Shown: in pieces, positions 1 through 11,029 of the stretch
Layout of the letters: each line of letters opens with the position of its first letter
How positions within the stretch are numbered: position 1 is the first letter of the stretch
Source: an uncultured Bacteroides sp.
GTDB taxonomy: Bacteria > Bacteroidota > Bacteroidia > G022818785
Length of the DNA stretch: 64,000 nt
Direction of reading: 5' to 3'
NCBI GenBank assembly: GCA_964620755.1
Contig: CAZUHH010000003.1
Location: 2,944 to 66,943, forward strand
Made by a program: the position numbers and the translations under genes
The notes under the pieces: model-generated
Databases searched by the model: none
Seen by the model: only the letters and a program-made list of their open reading frames with translations
What the model was told of the DNA's origin: nothing

Positions 1-469
1 TATTATATATGTTTATACCTAATAACATAGACAATAAACAACATTGAGACAACATGACAAACATCATAAGATAATTTTCCCATTTTTTAAAAAAAATTAT
101 TATTATAAAACCTAATATAGATTCCCATAATATCCATAATAAAAAACTACCTTCTTGACCTTCCCATATAGATGATATTTTATAATAAATAGGCATATAT
201 TTTGAACTATGCGACCATACATAATAATATTCAAAATAATCTTTATAGAAAATATAAAGTAAACAAAATATACTAATTAATAAACAAATATTATGAAAAA
301 TATAAATTAAACGTGATGTAATTACATTTTTTTTGTTTGAATTTACAACATTTATTAAATATGTTAATAAACAGATAAATGAAAATATGAACGAACATAC
401 AATTGATATTTTGCCTATTATTCCCGGTATTAAATGCTCATTTATAAATGGTGTACTAAGCATTATCAT
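1..469 (-). CDS. ccmF: Cytochrome c-type biogenesis protein CcmF, N-terminal part; the gene runs off the window start
   Basis: Minus-strand translation from ATG at 469-467 gives MIMLSTPFINEHLIPG...YYYVWSHSSKYMPIYYKISSIWEGQEGSFLLW, matching the conserved CcmF N-terminal motif (YYR.S.VWGGHEGSLLLW). The start overlaps the ccmE stop as TAATG. Not in the ORF track because no stop falls inside the window. Confidence 0.65.
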   Translation of the reverse strand, partial: MIMLSTPFINEHLIPGIIGKISIVCSFIFSFICLLTYLINVVNSNKKNVITSRLIYIFHNICLLISIFCLLYIFYKDYFEYYYVWSHSSKYMPIYYKISSIWEGQEGSFLLWILWESILGFIIIIFFKKWENYLMMFVMLSQCCLLSMLLGINIYN

Positions 470-846
470 TAAGAATTATATGATATTTCATTATATTTTG
501 AAGGACATTTCATTAAAATTTTTCTAGCATAGAATTCATTATTATTCATTTTACCAACTACTACTATTTTTTGTGATAATTCAAAGTCTTGAGGTTTAGA
601 TCCTAAAAAAATTACTTTAGCAATTTTGTTTTTATTATCTTTCATATAAAAAGATAAATGATTTTCATCTTTTATAGGATTATACATAATATGTTCTTTG
701 TTAACAAGCGTTCCTATTACATAAACATTTTTATTAATTGCTTCTTCAAAATTTACATATGAACTACTGTCATAATAAGTAAGAGAAATAATTAATAATG
801 TCACAAAAAAAAATAAACATGTAATTAAACAATTCTTTTTTCTCAT
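469..846 (-). CDS. ccmE: CcmE-like heme chaperone (System I cytochrome c maturation), CxxxY variant
   Basis: 125 aa with N-terminal TM helix then OB-fold-like region. C-terminal ...FYARKILMKCPSKYNE parallels the CcmE ...F.A..VLAKHDENY heme-binding tail with Cys in place of His. Lies immediately upstream of ccmF. Confidence 0.6.
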   Translation of the reverse strand: MRKKNCLITCLFFFVTLLIISLTYYDSSSYVNFEEAINKNVYVIGTLVNKEHIMYNPIKDENHLSFYMKDNKNKIAKVIFLGSKPQDFELSQKIVVVGKMNNNEFYARKILMKCPSKYNEISYNS

Positions 847-966
847 ATAATAATATGATTATGTTAGTGAACTTAATAATAGCACAATGCAGATATATTA
901 TTAAAAATATCACTTCTAAATATAATAATTTTATGTAAATTAGGAATAAATATTTTTAAATAGTAT

Positions 967-1041
967 GGTGATTGTAGCTCAGTTGGTTAGAGCGCTAGAT
1001 TGTGGATCTAGATGTCGCGGGTTCAAGTCCCGTCTTTCACC
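967..1041 (+). tRNA. tRNA-His (anticodon GTG) with genomically encoded G-1
   Basis: Cloverleaf: acceptor GTGATTG preceded by an extra G at 967. D arm GCTC/GAGC. Anticodon stem CTAGA/TCTAG with loop TTGTGGA (GTG at 1002-1004). T arm GCGGG-TTCAAGT-CCCGT. CCA not encoded. Confidence 0.75.
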
Positions 1042-1084
1042 CTAAAATTGTATTTTTATATGAAAAAAAATTAGTATTGTTAAA

Positions 1085-1402
1085 TTAATTTTTAATAAAA
1101 ATATTATCTTTATAAAATAACAATTTAGGAATAATTCTAATTTTATATCTTATGCGTTTTGCTAAGTTATATCTAATTGTATCTTTATATGATATTATTT
1201 TGTTGATAATATTATCTTGATTGTTTAAATTGTAGAAGCTTATATATATTTTTGCAGCTTCTAAATTATTTGTTAAAATAACTCTGTTAATTGTTGTTAT
1301 TCCTTTATTTATAACATTTAAACGATAGTCAATAAAAATCTTCGATAATTCATATTGAATTAATTTTGCTAAATAAATATTATTTTTATTATCGATATTC
1401 AT
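1085..1402 (-). CDS. rbfA: Ribosome-binding factor A
   Basis: 105 aa. Pattern RVILTNNLEAAKIYISF...LAKRIRYKIRIIPKLLFYKD matches RbfA family conservation (..V.vs.DL..AkVyvs... R..P.L.F..D). Confidence 0.55.
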   Translation of the reverse strand: MNIDNKNNIYLAKLIQYELSKIFIDYRLNVINKGITTINRVILTNNLEAAKIYISFYNLNNQDNIINKIISYKDTIRYNLAKRIRYKIRIIPKLLFYKDNIFIKN

Positions 1403-1507
1403 AGTTTAATATATTAAATAGAGTTAAAAACTTATTTAAGTAGTTGACAATTGTTATATTAGCAAATCATAAGTATAATTACTTAATAATAAAATTAATC
1501 AATAAAT

Positions 1508-3991
1508 ATGGTAAAAAAAATAAAAAATAATACTTGTAATAATGCAAAAGTAGTTCCTATTGATATTGTTGATGAAATGAAAACTGCTTATATAGATTAT
1601 TCTATGTCAGTTATTATATCAAGAGCTTTACCTGATGTTAGAGATGGACTAAAACCTGTACACAGAAGAGTGTTATATGGAATGTATGAATTGAATCTTT
1701 ATTATAATAAATCATACAAAAAATCAGCTAGAATTGTAGGAGAAGTTTTAGGAAAATATCATCCACATGGAGATACTTCAGTATATGATTCAATGGTTAG
1801 AATGACTCAAAATTGGATTTTAAGATATCCATTAATAAACGGACAAGGTAATTTTGGATCTATTGATGGTGATAATGCTGCAGCAATGAGATATACAGAA
1901 GTTAAACTTAGTAAAGTATCAAATGAAATGTTATCTTTTATTGATTTTGATACTGTTGATTTTAAATCTAATTTTGATGAATCGTTAAAAGAACCTAAAG
2001 TTTTACCATCTATGTTACCTAATCTTATAATTAATGGATCTTCTGGTATTGCAGTAGGAATGGCTACAAATATGCCTCCCCATAACATATCTGAATCAAT
2101 TGATGCAATAATGGCTTTTATAGATAATGAAGATATATCTATTAATGATATTATGTCATATATAAAAGCTCCTGATTTTCCAACTGGGGGTGTTATATAT
2201 GGTTTAGAAGGCGTTAAAAAAGCATTTGAAACAGGAAAAGGTAAAATAATATTAAGAGGTAAAGTATCAATAGATGAATATAAAAAAAATTACAATAGAA
2301 TTATTGTTAATGAAATTCCATATATGGTAAATAAAAGTCATATGATAATAAAAACATCTGAGTTAATTAATAAAAAACAAATAGAAGGTATAAGTTCTAT
2401 AAGAGATGAATCAGATCGTAATGGATTACGTATTGTATATGAAGTTAAATACGGATATAATCCCTTAATAATATTAAATAATTTATATAAATATACATCT
2501 TTAGAAGTTTCTTTTAATGTTAATAATATAGCATTAGTAAATGAAAAACCAGAATTGCTTAATATTAAAGATTTAATAAAATATTTTTATTATCATATAA
2601 ATAATATTTTAATTAAAAAAACTAAATATATCTTAAACGATAACAGAAATAAAATTCATATATTGGATGGTTATTTAGCAATTAATAAAAATATTGATTT
2701 AGCAATAAATTTAATTAAAAAATCTTATGATATAAATAATGCATATAAATTGTTAATAGAAAATTTTCAATTATCTTTAGTGCAAGCTAAATCTATTTTA
2801 GATTTAAAACTAAATAGATTAACTAAGTTTGAAAATGATAAAATATTAAATGATTATAAAAAATCTCAGAATACCATTAATGAGTGTGAAGAAATAATCA
2901 ATAATAATCATGTAAGAAAATCTATATTAAAAGCTTATTTAAATAACATAAAAAATAAGTATGGAGATGAAAGACGTACCAAGATTATATTAACAACAAA
3001 AGATACAAATATAGAAGATTTAATTCCACAAAATGCATTTATAATTACCATTTCTTGTTTAGGGTATATAAAACGTACTGCTACTATAGAATATAAAAGA
3101 CAAATTAGAGGAGGTAGAGGAGTTATAAGTGGTAAACTACGTGATGGCGATTCTATTGAACATATAATAACAGCTTATACGCATAATTGGATATTATTTT
3201 TTACTAAAAATGGTAAATGTTATTGGTTAAAAGTGTATGATATACCCGAATCTAATAAAAATTCAAAAGGAAGAGCTATACAAAATATTATTAATATTAA
3301 TAAGAATGACAAAGTTCAATCATTTATAACTATAGAAAACTTTGATAGCAAATATTTACTTGATAAATATGTCATAATATGTACAAAAAATGGTATAATT
3401 AAAAAAACATCATTAAATGCTTATTCAAAACCTAGAATTAATGGAATTAAAGCAATTATTATTAAACCAAATGATGAACTTTTAGCAGTAAAATTGTCTA
3501 CTAATAAATCGGAAATATTTATGGCCTCTAAATTAGGTTATTCTGTTAAATTTGATGAATCTACAGTAAGATGTATGAATAGATTAACATCTGGTGTTGT
3601 GGGGATGCGATTATCAAAAAATAAAGATATAATAGTAGGTATGGTTATTATTGATAATAAGAAATCTAATATATTAGCTATATCAGAAAATGGATATGGT
3701 AAAAGAACTCATGTAATTAATTATAGACAAACACATAGAGGCACTAAAGGTGTTAAGGTAATGAATATCAATGATAAAACTGGTAACTTAGTATCTGTTG
3801 TTAATATAAATAGTAAAGATGATTTAATGATTATTAATAAATCAGGTGTATCTATTAGAATGTCTATATTTGATATTAGAATTATGGGTAGAGCTACACA
3901 AGGTGTTAAATTAATTAAACTTAAAAATAAAGATAAAATTGCATCTGTAACTAAAATTCCATCTGAATTAAATGAAAGTAATAGTAAATAA
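1508..3991 (+). CDS. gyrA: DNA gyrase subunit A
   Basis: 827 aa. N-terminal YIDYSMSVIISRALPDVRDGLKPVHRRVLYGM and AAAMRYTE active-site Tyr motif. C-terminal beta-pinwheel repeats. Confidence 0.95.
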   Translation: MVKKIKNNTCNNAKVVPIDIVDEMKTAYIDYSMSVIISRALPDVRDGLKPVHRRVLYGMYELNLYYNKSYKKSARIVGEVLGKYHPHGDTSVYDSMVRMTQNWILRYPLINGQGNFGSIDGDNAAAMRYTEVKLSKVSNEMLSFIDFDTVDFKSNFDESLKEPKVLPSMLPNLIINGSSGIAVGMATNMPPHNISESIDAIMAFIDNEDISINDIMSYIKAPDFPTGGVIYGLEGVKKAFETGKGKIILRGKVSIDEYKKNYNRIIVNEIPYMVNKSHMIIKTSELINKKQIEGISSIRDESDRNGLRIVYEVKYGYNPLIILNNLYKYTSLEVSFNVNNIALVNEKPELLNIKDLIKYFYYHINNILIKKTKYILNDNRNKIHILDGYLAINKNIDLAINLIKKSYDINNAYKLLIENFQLSLVQAKSILDLKLNRLTKFENDKILNDYKKSQNTINECEEIINNNHVRKSILKAYLNNIKNKYGDERRTKIILTTKDTNIEDLIPQNAFIITISCLGYIKRTATIEYKRQIRGGRGVISGKLRDGDSIEHIITAYTHNWILFFTKNGKCYWLKVYDIPESNKNSKGRAIQNIININKNDKVQSFITIENFDSKYLLDKYVIICTKNGIIKKTSLNAYSKPRINGIKAIIIKPNDELLAVKLSTNKSEIFMASKLGYSVKFDESTVRCMNRLTSGVVGMRLSKNKDIIVGMVIIDNKKSNILAISENGYGKRTHVINYRQTHRGTKGVKVMNINDKTGNLVSVVNINSKDDLMIINKSGVSIRMSIFDIRIMGRATQGVKLIKLKNKDKIASVTKIPSELNESNSK

Positions 3992-4009
3992 TTTTTTATA
4001 AAAAATAAA

Positions 4010-5032
4010 ATGATTGATAATATTAAAAATCATATTAAATATGTAATTAATTATACTCCTAAAGACAATGATTCATTAATTAATTTTAAAAGAAAATATT
4101 TTAGTAAAAAAGGTATCTTAAATGAATTATTTAATTCTTTTAAGAATATTAAAGAAAATAAATCTGAAATAGGTAAGTTGTTGAATGATTTAAAAAATAG
4201 TATTATCCATAAATTAAAAATTTATAATAATGTTACAAAAGTAAACTTTAACAATAATACTGAAATTGATTTTAGTTTACCGGGGCTATATTATGGTTGG
4301 GGAAATAAACATCCTATTACTTTAATTAGTGAAGATATTATAAGCATCTTTCATAATATAGGATTTTCTTTAATATATGGACCAGAAATAGAAGATGATT
4401 GGCATAATTTTACAGCACTTAACTTTCCTATTAATCACTCAGCTAGAGATATGCAAGATACTTTTTTTATAAAAAATGATAAAAATAATCACTTAAATGA
4501 TATAATGTTAAGAACACATACATCATCTGTACAAATTAGGTTTATGGAATATAATTCTCCACCTTTTAAGCATATATCTTTGGGTACTGTTTATAGAAAT
4601 GAAAATATATCATCAAGATCTCATTGTTATTTTAATCAATTAGAAGGATTTTATGTTGATAATAAATTGACACTTATAAATTTAAAGGAAATATTGATTT
4701 ATTTTATTAATGAGTTTTTTGGTTCTAAAACAAAATTTAGATTTAGATCTTCATATTTTCCTTTTACAGAACCATCTTTTGAAATTGATATATTGTGTTT
4801 ATTATGTGAAGGTATAGGATGTTCAATGTGTAAAAATACAGGATGGTGTGAAATATTAGGTTGTGGTGTCATAGAAAAAAATGTATTAAAAAATTGTAAT
4901 ATAGATATTAATCAATTTAATGGGTTAGCGTTTGGTATTGGTATAGAAAGAATAGCAAGCCTCAAATATAGAGTTGATGATTTAAGATTATTTTCAGAAA
5001 ACAATTTAGATTTTCTTTTTCAATTCAATTAA
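4010..5032 (+). CDS. pheS: Phenylalanyl-tRNA synthetase alpha subunit
   Basis: 340 aa. Class II aaRS motifs (FRNE...; GLAFGIGIERIA). Confidence 0.9.
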   Translation: MIDNIKNHIKYVINYTPKDNDSLINFKRKYFSKKGILNELFNSFKNIKENKSEIGKLLNDLKNSIIHKLKIYNNVTKVNFNNNTEIDFSLPGLYYGWGNKHPITLISEDIISIFHNIGFSLIYGPEIEDDWHNFTALNFPINHSARDMQDTFFIKNDKNNHLNDIMLRTHTSSVQIRFMEYNSPPFKHISLGTVYRNENISSRSHCYFNQLEGFYVDNKLTLINLKEILIYFINEFFGSKTKFRFRSSYFPFTEPSFEIDILCLLCEGIGCSMCKNTGWCEILGCGVIEKNVLKNCNIDINQFNGLAFGIGIERIASLKYRVDDLRLFSENNLDFLFQFN

Positions 5033-5070
5033 TATCTTATTGAACTATGATAAATTTATATATTATTAAT

Positions 5071-5092
5071 TTTACAATTTTCATATTGTAAA
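5071..5092 (+). promoter_or_regulatory. AT-rich 8-bp inverted repeat (TTTACAAT-N6-ATTGTAAA) in the pheS-rpsL spacer
   Basis: Perfect 8-bp arms with a 6-nt loop followed by TGTGTTTT, 40 bp downstream of the pheS stop. Candidate weak terminator or operator. Confidence 0.2.
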
Positions 5093-5226
5093 ATGTGTTT
5101 TGCTATTAATTATTTTTTAATTTGTTTATAATGTATTTCTTATATAAATTTGATCTCATATTATATTAAATTAATGTTAAAGTATTTAATTTATATTCTA
5201 AAATATTAAAAAGTAAATTTATAATA

Positions 5227-5595
5227 ATGCCTACTATTCAACAACTTATTCGTAAAGGACGTGTAAAAATAAAAAATAAAAGTAAATCTCCTGCATTAAA
5301 TTCTTCTCCCCAAAAAAGAGGAGTATGTGTTAAAGTATATACAACAACACCTAAAAAACCTAATTCTGCTATGCGTAAAATAGCAAGAGTTAAATTAACT
5401 AATGGCAAAGAGGTTAATTCTTATATTCCAGGCGAAGGGCATAATTTACAAGAACATTCAATGGTTTTAATTAGGGGAGGTAAAGTTAAAGATTTACCTG
5501 GAGTTAAATATCATATTATAAGAGGAGCATTAGATAGTGCAGGAGTTGAAAATCGCAAAAAAAGTCGTTCTAAATATGGATCTAAAAAAAAATAA
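5227..5595 (+). CDS. rpsL: 30S ribosomal protein S12
   Basis: [12 protein letters not shown]...[10 protein letters not shown]; str operon position. Confidence 0.95.
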   Translation: MPTIQQLIRKGRVKIKNKSKSPALNSSPQKRGVCVKVYTTTPKKPNSAMRKIARVKLTNGKEVNSYIPGEGHNLQEHSMVLIRGGKVKDLPGVKYHIIRGALDSAGVENRKKSRSKYGSKKK

Positions 5596-5632
5596 TAATT
5601 TTAATTAATCATAATTTGTAATATAATATCCA

Positions 5633-6100
5633 ATGAGAAAAAGTAAATTTAAAAAGCATATTATAGCCCCTGATCCTGTATATAATGATATAATTGTTGC
5701 TAAATTTGTTAATAACATGATGATAGATGGTAAAAAAAATTTATCTTATTCTATATTTTATAATGTTATTAATATTTTAGGTGTAAAAATGAATGATAAT
5801 GGAATAATGATATGGAGAAAAGCTATACAAAATGTTATGCCTACTGTAGAAGTTAAAAGTCGTCGTATAGGTGGAGCAAATTTCCATGTGCCTACTGAAA
5901 TAAGAGATAATAGAAAAATATCATTAGCAATGAAATGGATTATAGATGCTTCTCGTAATAGAAATGAAAAAACAATGCAATTAAGATTATCACAAGAAAT
6001 TATTGATGCATATAATATGACAGGTATTGCTTTTAAAAAGAAAGAAAATACTCATAAAATGGCAGAATCTAATAAAGCATTTTCTCATTTTAAATTTTAA
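5633..6100 (+). CDS. rpsG: 30S ribosomal protein S7
   Basis: 155 aa, S7 signature; follows rpsL. Confidence 0.95.
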   Translation: MRKSKFKKHIIAPDPVYNDIIVAKFVNNMMIDGKKNLSYSIFYNVINILGVKMNDNGIMIWRKAIQNVMPTVEVKSRRIGGANFHVPTEIRDNRKISLAMKWIIDASRNRNEKTMQLRLSQEIIDAYNMTGIAFKKKENTHKMAESNKAFSHFKF

Positions 6101-6124
6101 AATATTTTAATCTTTTACCAAAAA

Positions 6125-8209
6125 ATGAGTTTAACAAATTTAAATTTTGTTCGTAATATAGGGATATCTGCCCATATAGATGCAGGCAAAACAACTACTA
6201 CAGAAAGAATTTTATATTATACAGGTAAATTACATAAAATAGGTGAAGTACATGATGGTAATGCTTTTATGGATTGGATGGAGCAAGAGCAAGAAAGAGG
6301 TATTACTATTACTTCAGCTGCAACTACAACATTTTGGAATCAATATCAAATTAATATTATTGATACACCAGGTCATGTAGATTTTACAGTTGAAGTTGAA
6401 AGATCATTAAGAGTGCTAGACGGAGCAATAGCTTTATTTTGTGCTGTGGGAGGCGTAGAACCTCAATCAGAAGTAGTATGGAGACAGATGAATAAATATA
6501 ACATTCCTAGAATTGCCTTTATTAATAAAATGGATCGTATAGGTGCAGATTTTTTTAAAGTTGTAAAGCAAATAGAATTACAGCTTAATAGTAATCCTGT
6601 ATTACTACAAATTCCTATTGGTTCAGAGTCTAATTTTAAAGGTGTTATAGATTTAATAGCAAATAAATGTATAATTTGGTCAGATACAGATGATGGTGTA
6701 AAATATATAGAAGAAAATATTCCTGAAAATTTAAAATCAATATCTAATAATTATAGAAATAAATTATTAGAATCTATCGCGGAATTTGATGATGTTTTAT
6801 TGGAAAAATTTTTTGATAATAGTGATATCATTTCTACAGATGAAATAATATCTGCTATAAGAATTAATACTATTAATCGAAAAATAGTACCTATAATGTG
6901 TGGTTCTGCATTTAAAAACAAAGGCATTCAATTGTTATTAGATGCTGTTTGTAATTTTTTACCTTCACCTTGTGATATTAAAAACATTATAGGAATTAAT
7001 CCATATAATAATAAAAAAGAAATAAGAGTACCTAGTGTTAATGATTATTTTTCTGCTCTTGCATTTAAAATAATGACAGATCCTTTTGTTGGTAGATTAT
7101 CCTTTTTTAGAGTTTATTCTGGGCAATTATCCAATGGAGAGTATGTTTTTAATAGTAGAACTAAAAAAAAAGAACGTGTATCTAGAATGATGCAAATGCA
7201 TGCTAATAAACAAAGTCCTATTAATATTATAAGAGCTGGCGATATAGGAGCTATGATAGGATTAAAAAATGTTCGTACTGGAGATACATTGTGTAGTGAG
7301 ACAAACCCAATATTATTAGAATCAATTACATTTCCTGATCCTGTAATAAGTATTGCTTTAGAACCTGATACACAAAAAGATGTCGATAAACTTAATTTGG
7401 CTCTTGCTAAATTAGTAGAAGAAGATCCTACTTTTAAAGTAAAAACTAATGATGAAACTTCGCAAATTATAATTAGCGGCATGGGAGAATTGCATTTAGA
7501 AATTATTATAGATAGATTAAGAAGAGAATTTAATATAAAATGCAAACATGGCAATCCTCAAGTAGCATATAAAGAAACTATTACGGGTAAATCAATACAC
7601 AGAGAAATATATAAAAAACAAACTGGCGGCAGAGGAAAGTTTGCAGATATTTCTTTTGAATTATCTTTTGCAGATAATGAGTTTGAAGGATTACAATTTA
7701 TAAATGAAATAACTGGAGGATCAATACCTAAAGAATTTATACCATCTGTTGAAAAGGGATTTAAAGATGCTATGAATTTTGGTATATTGGCAGGATATCC
7801 TATACAAAGTATGAAAATACGTTTATTTGATGGGTCTTATCATCCTGTAGATTCTGATTCCATTTCTTTTGAATTAGCTGCTCGTAATGCATTTAGAATA
7901 GCAGCTATTAAAGCTAATCCAGTTATCATAGAACCTATCATGTTAATTGAAATTACAACTCCAAAAGATTATATAGGAGATGTTATAGGTAATATTAATA
8001 GAAGAAGAGGAAATATTGAAAATATTATCAGCAATAATAATGATATACAAATTATTAAAGCAAAAGTACCATTATCTTCTATGTTTGGCTATGTAACTGA
8101 TTTAAGAACTTTAACTTCTGGTAGAGCTACCTCAAGTATGAAATTTTGTAATTATGCAGAAGTTCCAAAAAATATTCGAGATATTATAATTAAAGATTCA
8201 AAAAAATAA
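6125..8209 (+). CDS. fusA: Elongation factor G
   Basis: 694 aa. GTPase motifs [24 protein letters not shown]. Followed directly by rpsJ (no tuf), as in Bacteroidota. Confidence 0.95.
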   Translation: MSLTNLNFVRNIGISAHIDAGKTTTTERILYYTGKLHKIGEVHDGNAFMDWMEQEQERGITITSAATTTFWNQYQINIIDTPGHVDFTVEVERSLRVLDGAIALFCAVGGVEPQSEVVWRQMNKYNIPRIAFINKMDRIGADFFKVVKQIELQLNSNPVLLQIPIGSESNFKGVIDLIANKCIIWSDTDDGVKYIEENIPENLKSISNNYRNKLLESIAEFDDVLLEKFFDNSDIISTDEIISAIRINTINRKIVPIMCGSAFKNKGIQLLLDAVCNFLPSPCDIKNIIGINPYNNKKEIRVPSVNDYFSALAFKIMTDPFVGRLSFFRVYSGQLSNGEYVFNSRTKKKERVSRMMQMHANKQSPINIIRAGDIGAMIGLKNVRTGDTLCSETNPILLESITFPDPVISIALEPDTQKDVDKLNLALAKLVEEDPTFKVKTNDETSQIIISGMGELHLEIIIDRLRREFNIKCKHGNPQVAYKETITGKSIHREIYKKQTGGRGKFADISFELSFADNEFEGLQFINEITGGSIPKEFIPSVEKGFKDAMNFGILAGYPIQSMKIRLFDGSYHPVDSDSISFELAARNAFRIAAIKANPVIIEPIMLIEITTPKDYIGDVIGNINRRRGNIENIISNNNDIQIIKAKVPLSSMFGYVTDLRTLTSGRATSSMKFCNYAEVPKNIRDIIIKDSKK

Positions 8210-8258
8210 CTAATTATTATATATTTGTAATTAATTAAAAATATCATAGTATAGAATT

Positions 8259-8564
8259 ATGAATCAAAGAATTAGAATTAAATTAAAATCTTATGATTTT
8301 AATTTGTTAGATAGATCAGCTGCAAAAATTGTTAAAACTGTAAAAATTACAGGTGCTGTTATTACAGGTCCATTACCATTGCCTACTAAGAAAAAAGTAT
8401 ATACTGTATTACGATCCCCTAATGTTAATAAAACATCTAGAGAACAGTTTCAAATGTTTTCTTATAGAAGATTATTGGATATACATAGCTCCACTACAAA
8501 AACTGTAGATGCTCTTATGAAATTAGAATTACCTAGTGGTATAGATGTAGAAATAAAAGTATAG
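8259..8564 (+). CDS. rpsJ: 30S ribosomal protein S10
   Basis: 101 aa S10 signature. Confidence 0.95.
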   Translation: MNQRIRIKLKSYDFNLLDRSAAKIVKTVKITGAVITGPLPLPTKKKVYTVLRSPNVNKTSREQFQMFSYRRLLDIHSSTTKTVDALMKLELPSGIDVEIKV

Positions 8565-8636
8565 TAAAACTTTACTATAATATTTATTTTAAATAATGTA
8601 AATTTATTTAAAATTGTTTTTTAAAATATAATATAT

Positions 8637-9251
8637 ATGATAGGCATTATAGGTAAAAAGATAGGTATGTTAAATATATATGATAGCGATGGAATAGAAA
8701 TTTCATGTACAATCATAAAATCTGGTTCTTGTGTTGTTACACAAGTAAAAAATATAAAAAAAGATGGATATCAGGCTATACAAATATCTTTTGATGATAA
8801 AAAAAATAAAAATACAAGTAAACCATTATTAGGTCATTTTAAAAAAGCCAATACATCGCCTAAAAGTATCATTAAAGAAATAAACTATAATGAAAAGTAT
8901 AAATTAGGTTCTTTAATTACATTATCAGAATTCAATGAAGGTGATATTGTAAGTGTAACAGGTTACTCAAAAGGAAAAGGATTTCAAGGTGTTGTTAAGA
9001 GGCATAATTTTAGTGGTGTTGGAGGACAAACGCATGGACAACACAATCGACTTAGGGCACCTGGTTCTTTAGGGGCTTCATCATATCCTTCTAGGGTATT
9101 TAAAGGAATTCGCATGGCTGGAAGAATGGGCAATAATAGAATTACAATAAAAAATGTTAAAATTGTAAAACTATTTTTAGATAAAAAAATAGTTTTAGTT
9201 AAGGGATCTTTACCAGGTTCTAAAGGTTCATATTTAATAATCAATAAATAA
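8637..9251 (+). CDS. rplC: 50S ribosomal protein L3
   Basis: 204 aa L3 signature; S10 operon order. Confidence 0.95.
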   Translation: MIGIIGKKIGMLNIYDSDGIEISCTIIKSGSCVVTQVKNIKKDGYQAIQISFDDKKNKNTSKPLLGHFKKANTSPKSIIKEINYNEKYKLGSLITLSEFNEGDIVSVTGYSKGKGFQGVVKRHNFSGVGGQTHGQHNRLRAPGSLGASSYPSRVFKGIRMAGRMGNNRITIKNVKIVKLFLDKKIVLVKGSLPGSKGSYLIINK

Positions 9252-9889
9252 TGATTAAAGTTAAAATATTAAATTGTATCAGTGATAGTCAAAAGGAAGA
9301 ATATTATACATTTGATAATATTAATATAAAATCTAATAATCACATTATATATTTAGTTGTAAAGCACTATCTATCAAATCAACGTCAGGCTACTAGTGCA
9401 ACAAAATCAAGAGGCAATATTACAGGTTCTAATAAAAAAATTCAAAAACAAAAAGGCACAGGTAATGCTAGAAAGGGTAGTATTAAAAATCCTATTTTTA
9501 GAGGAGGAGGTATTATTTTTGGTCCTAAAAATCACAATTATAAATCAAAAATTAATAAAAAAACTAAATATATTGCTAGAAAATTAGCATTTATTCATCA
9601 GTTAAAAAAAAATAATGTGATTATTACAAATAATATTAAACTAGAAACTCCTAGCACTAAATATATGGTAAATTATCTTGATAAGATTAAATTAACAAAA
9701 TCTAAAAATTTAATTATTATCCCTAATTATGATAAAATATTGCTTTTATCTATTAGAAATTTAGTTAATACAAATTTAATAACAGTTAAAGATTTAAATA
9801 CATATTGTATAATGAATACAGAAAAATTAATTTTTACTTTGGATTCTATTAATATGTTAGCTAGTATGTTTAATTTTATAAAAAAATAG
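9251..9889 (+). CDS. rplD: 50S ribosomal protein L4
   Basis: 212 aa; GTGNARKGS...RGGG motif; ATGA start/stop overlap with rplC. Confidence 0.95.
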   Translation: MIKVKILNCISDSQKEEYYTFDNINIKSNNHIIYLVVKHYLSNQRQATSATKSRGNITGSNKKIQKQKGTGNARKGSIKNPIFRGGGIIFGPKNHNYKSKINKKTKYIARKLAFIHQLKKNNVIITNNIKLETPSTKYMVNYLDKIKLTKSKNLIIIPNYDKILLLSIRNLVNTNLITVKDLNTYCIMNTEKLIFTLDSINMLASMFNFIKK

Positions 9890-9890
9890 T

Positions 9891-10181
9891 ATGAATATTA
9901 TTAAAAAATATGTAATGACAGAAAAGGCATCTAATTTGAGTAAAAAATTAAATAAATATATTTTTTTTGTAAATTTACATTCTAATAAAAAAGAAATTAA
10001 AAAATGTATTCATAATTTATATAATGTTTCAGTTTTAGATGTTAATATTATAAGATATAAAGGCAAGAAAAAAGTTAAAAATACTAAAAAAGGAATTGTT
10101 GTGGGTAGAAAATCTCAGTTTAAAAAAGCTATAGTGTCTCTTAGAAAAGGAGATATTATCAATATTTATGAAAATAAGTAA
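9891..10181 (+). CDS. rplW: 50S ribosomal protein L23
   Basis: 96 aa L23-like; operon position. Confidence 0.9.
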   Translation: MNIIKKYVMTEKASNLSKKLNKYIFFVNLHSNKKEIKKCIHNLYNVSVLDVNIIRYKGKKKVKNTKKGIVVGRKSQFKKAIVSLRKGDIINIYENK

Positions 10182-10190
10182 TTAATTTTT

Positions 10191-11009
10191 ATGTTAAAAA
10201 AATATAATCCGATAACACCTGGTACTAGATTTAAAGTTGGTATTTATTGTAAAAATATTGGAAAAAAAAATCATATTAAGTCTTTAATTGTTAAAAAAAA
10301 ACGTAGTGGAGGTAGAAATAACTCCGGTAAAATGACAGTTAAATGTTTAGGTGGAGGACATAAGAAAAATTATAGATTAATTGATTTTAAACGTAATAAA
10401 TATAATATTTGGGCTTCTATTGTTGCTATTGAATATGATCCTAATAGAAATTGTAAAATAGCTTTAGTTTCTTATACAGATGGAGATAAAAAATATATAA
10501 TTGCACCAAACGGTATTCAACTAGGTTATAAAATAATATCAGGAACTGATGTTGATCCAAATATTGGGAATGCACTTCCAATATATAATATACCTTTAGG
10601 TACTATGATTCATAATATAGAAATGATTCCAGGAAAAGGAGGTGTTTTGGCAAGAAGTGCAGGTTCTTTTGCTCAATTAACTGCTAAATCGGATAAATAT
10701 GCTACTGTCAAACTACCTTCTGGAGAAATTAGATTAATACTTATAAATTGTATAGCTACTATCGGAGCTGTATCTAATAATGATTATATAAATTTAAAAT
10801 TAGGAAAGGCTGGTTGCTCTAGATGGTTAGGAAAAAGACCTAGAACAAGAGGTGTAGCTATGAATCCTGTTGATCATCCTATGGGTGGAGGTGAAGGTCG
10901 TGCTTCTGGTGGTCATCCTAGATCAAAAAGTGGATTACAATCTAAAGGATTTAAAACAAGAAATAGAAGAAAAAAATCTAATAAATATATAATAAAAAGA
11001 AGAAAATAA
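10191..11009 (+). CDS. rplB: 50S ribosomal protein L2
   Basis: 272 aa; [11 protein letters not shown]..., [15 protein letters not shown] motifs. Confidence 0.95.
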   Translation: MLKKYNPITPGTRFKVGIYCKNIGKKNHIKSLIVKKKRSGGRNNSGKMTVKCLGGGHKKNYRLIDFKRNKYNIWASIVAIEYDPNRNCKIALVSYTDGDKKYIIAPNGIQLGYKIISGTDVDPNIGNALPIYNIPLGTMIHNIEMIPGKGGVLARSAGSFAQLTAKSDKYATVKLPSGEIRLILINCIATIGAVSNNDYINLKLGKAGCSRWLGKRPRTRGVAMNPVDHPMGGGEGRASGGHPRSKSGLQSKGFKTRNRRKKSNKYIIKRRK

Positions 11010-11029
11010 AATTTTATATTAATTTAAAT

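Noticed and set aside
333-527. 64-aa plus-strand ORF
   Set aside because: It overlaps the ccmF start and ccmE end, which are encoded on the opposite strand. It has an AT-rich random composition.
1444-1479. TTGACA (1444-1449) and TATAAT (1474-1479) upstream of gyrA, resembling a sigma70 promoter
   Set aside because: The spacer is 24 bp, far from the 17 +/- 1 optimum. Bacteroidota also use a different consensus (-33 TTTG / -7 TAnnTTTG). Such hexamers occur by chance in about 80% AT DNA.
7114-7554. 146-aa minus-strand ORF inside fusA, with similar antisense ORFs inside gyrA, rplC, rplD, rpsK, rplQ, rpsA, htrA, aspS, ssb, rng, ilvE, sufC, the M20 peptidase, smpB, cdaA and thrA
   Set aside because: All lie antisense within strongly conserved genes. 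They show no recognisable homology and have Ile/Leu/Phe-rich composition expected from AT-rich antisense strands.
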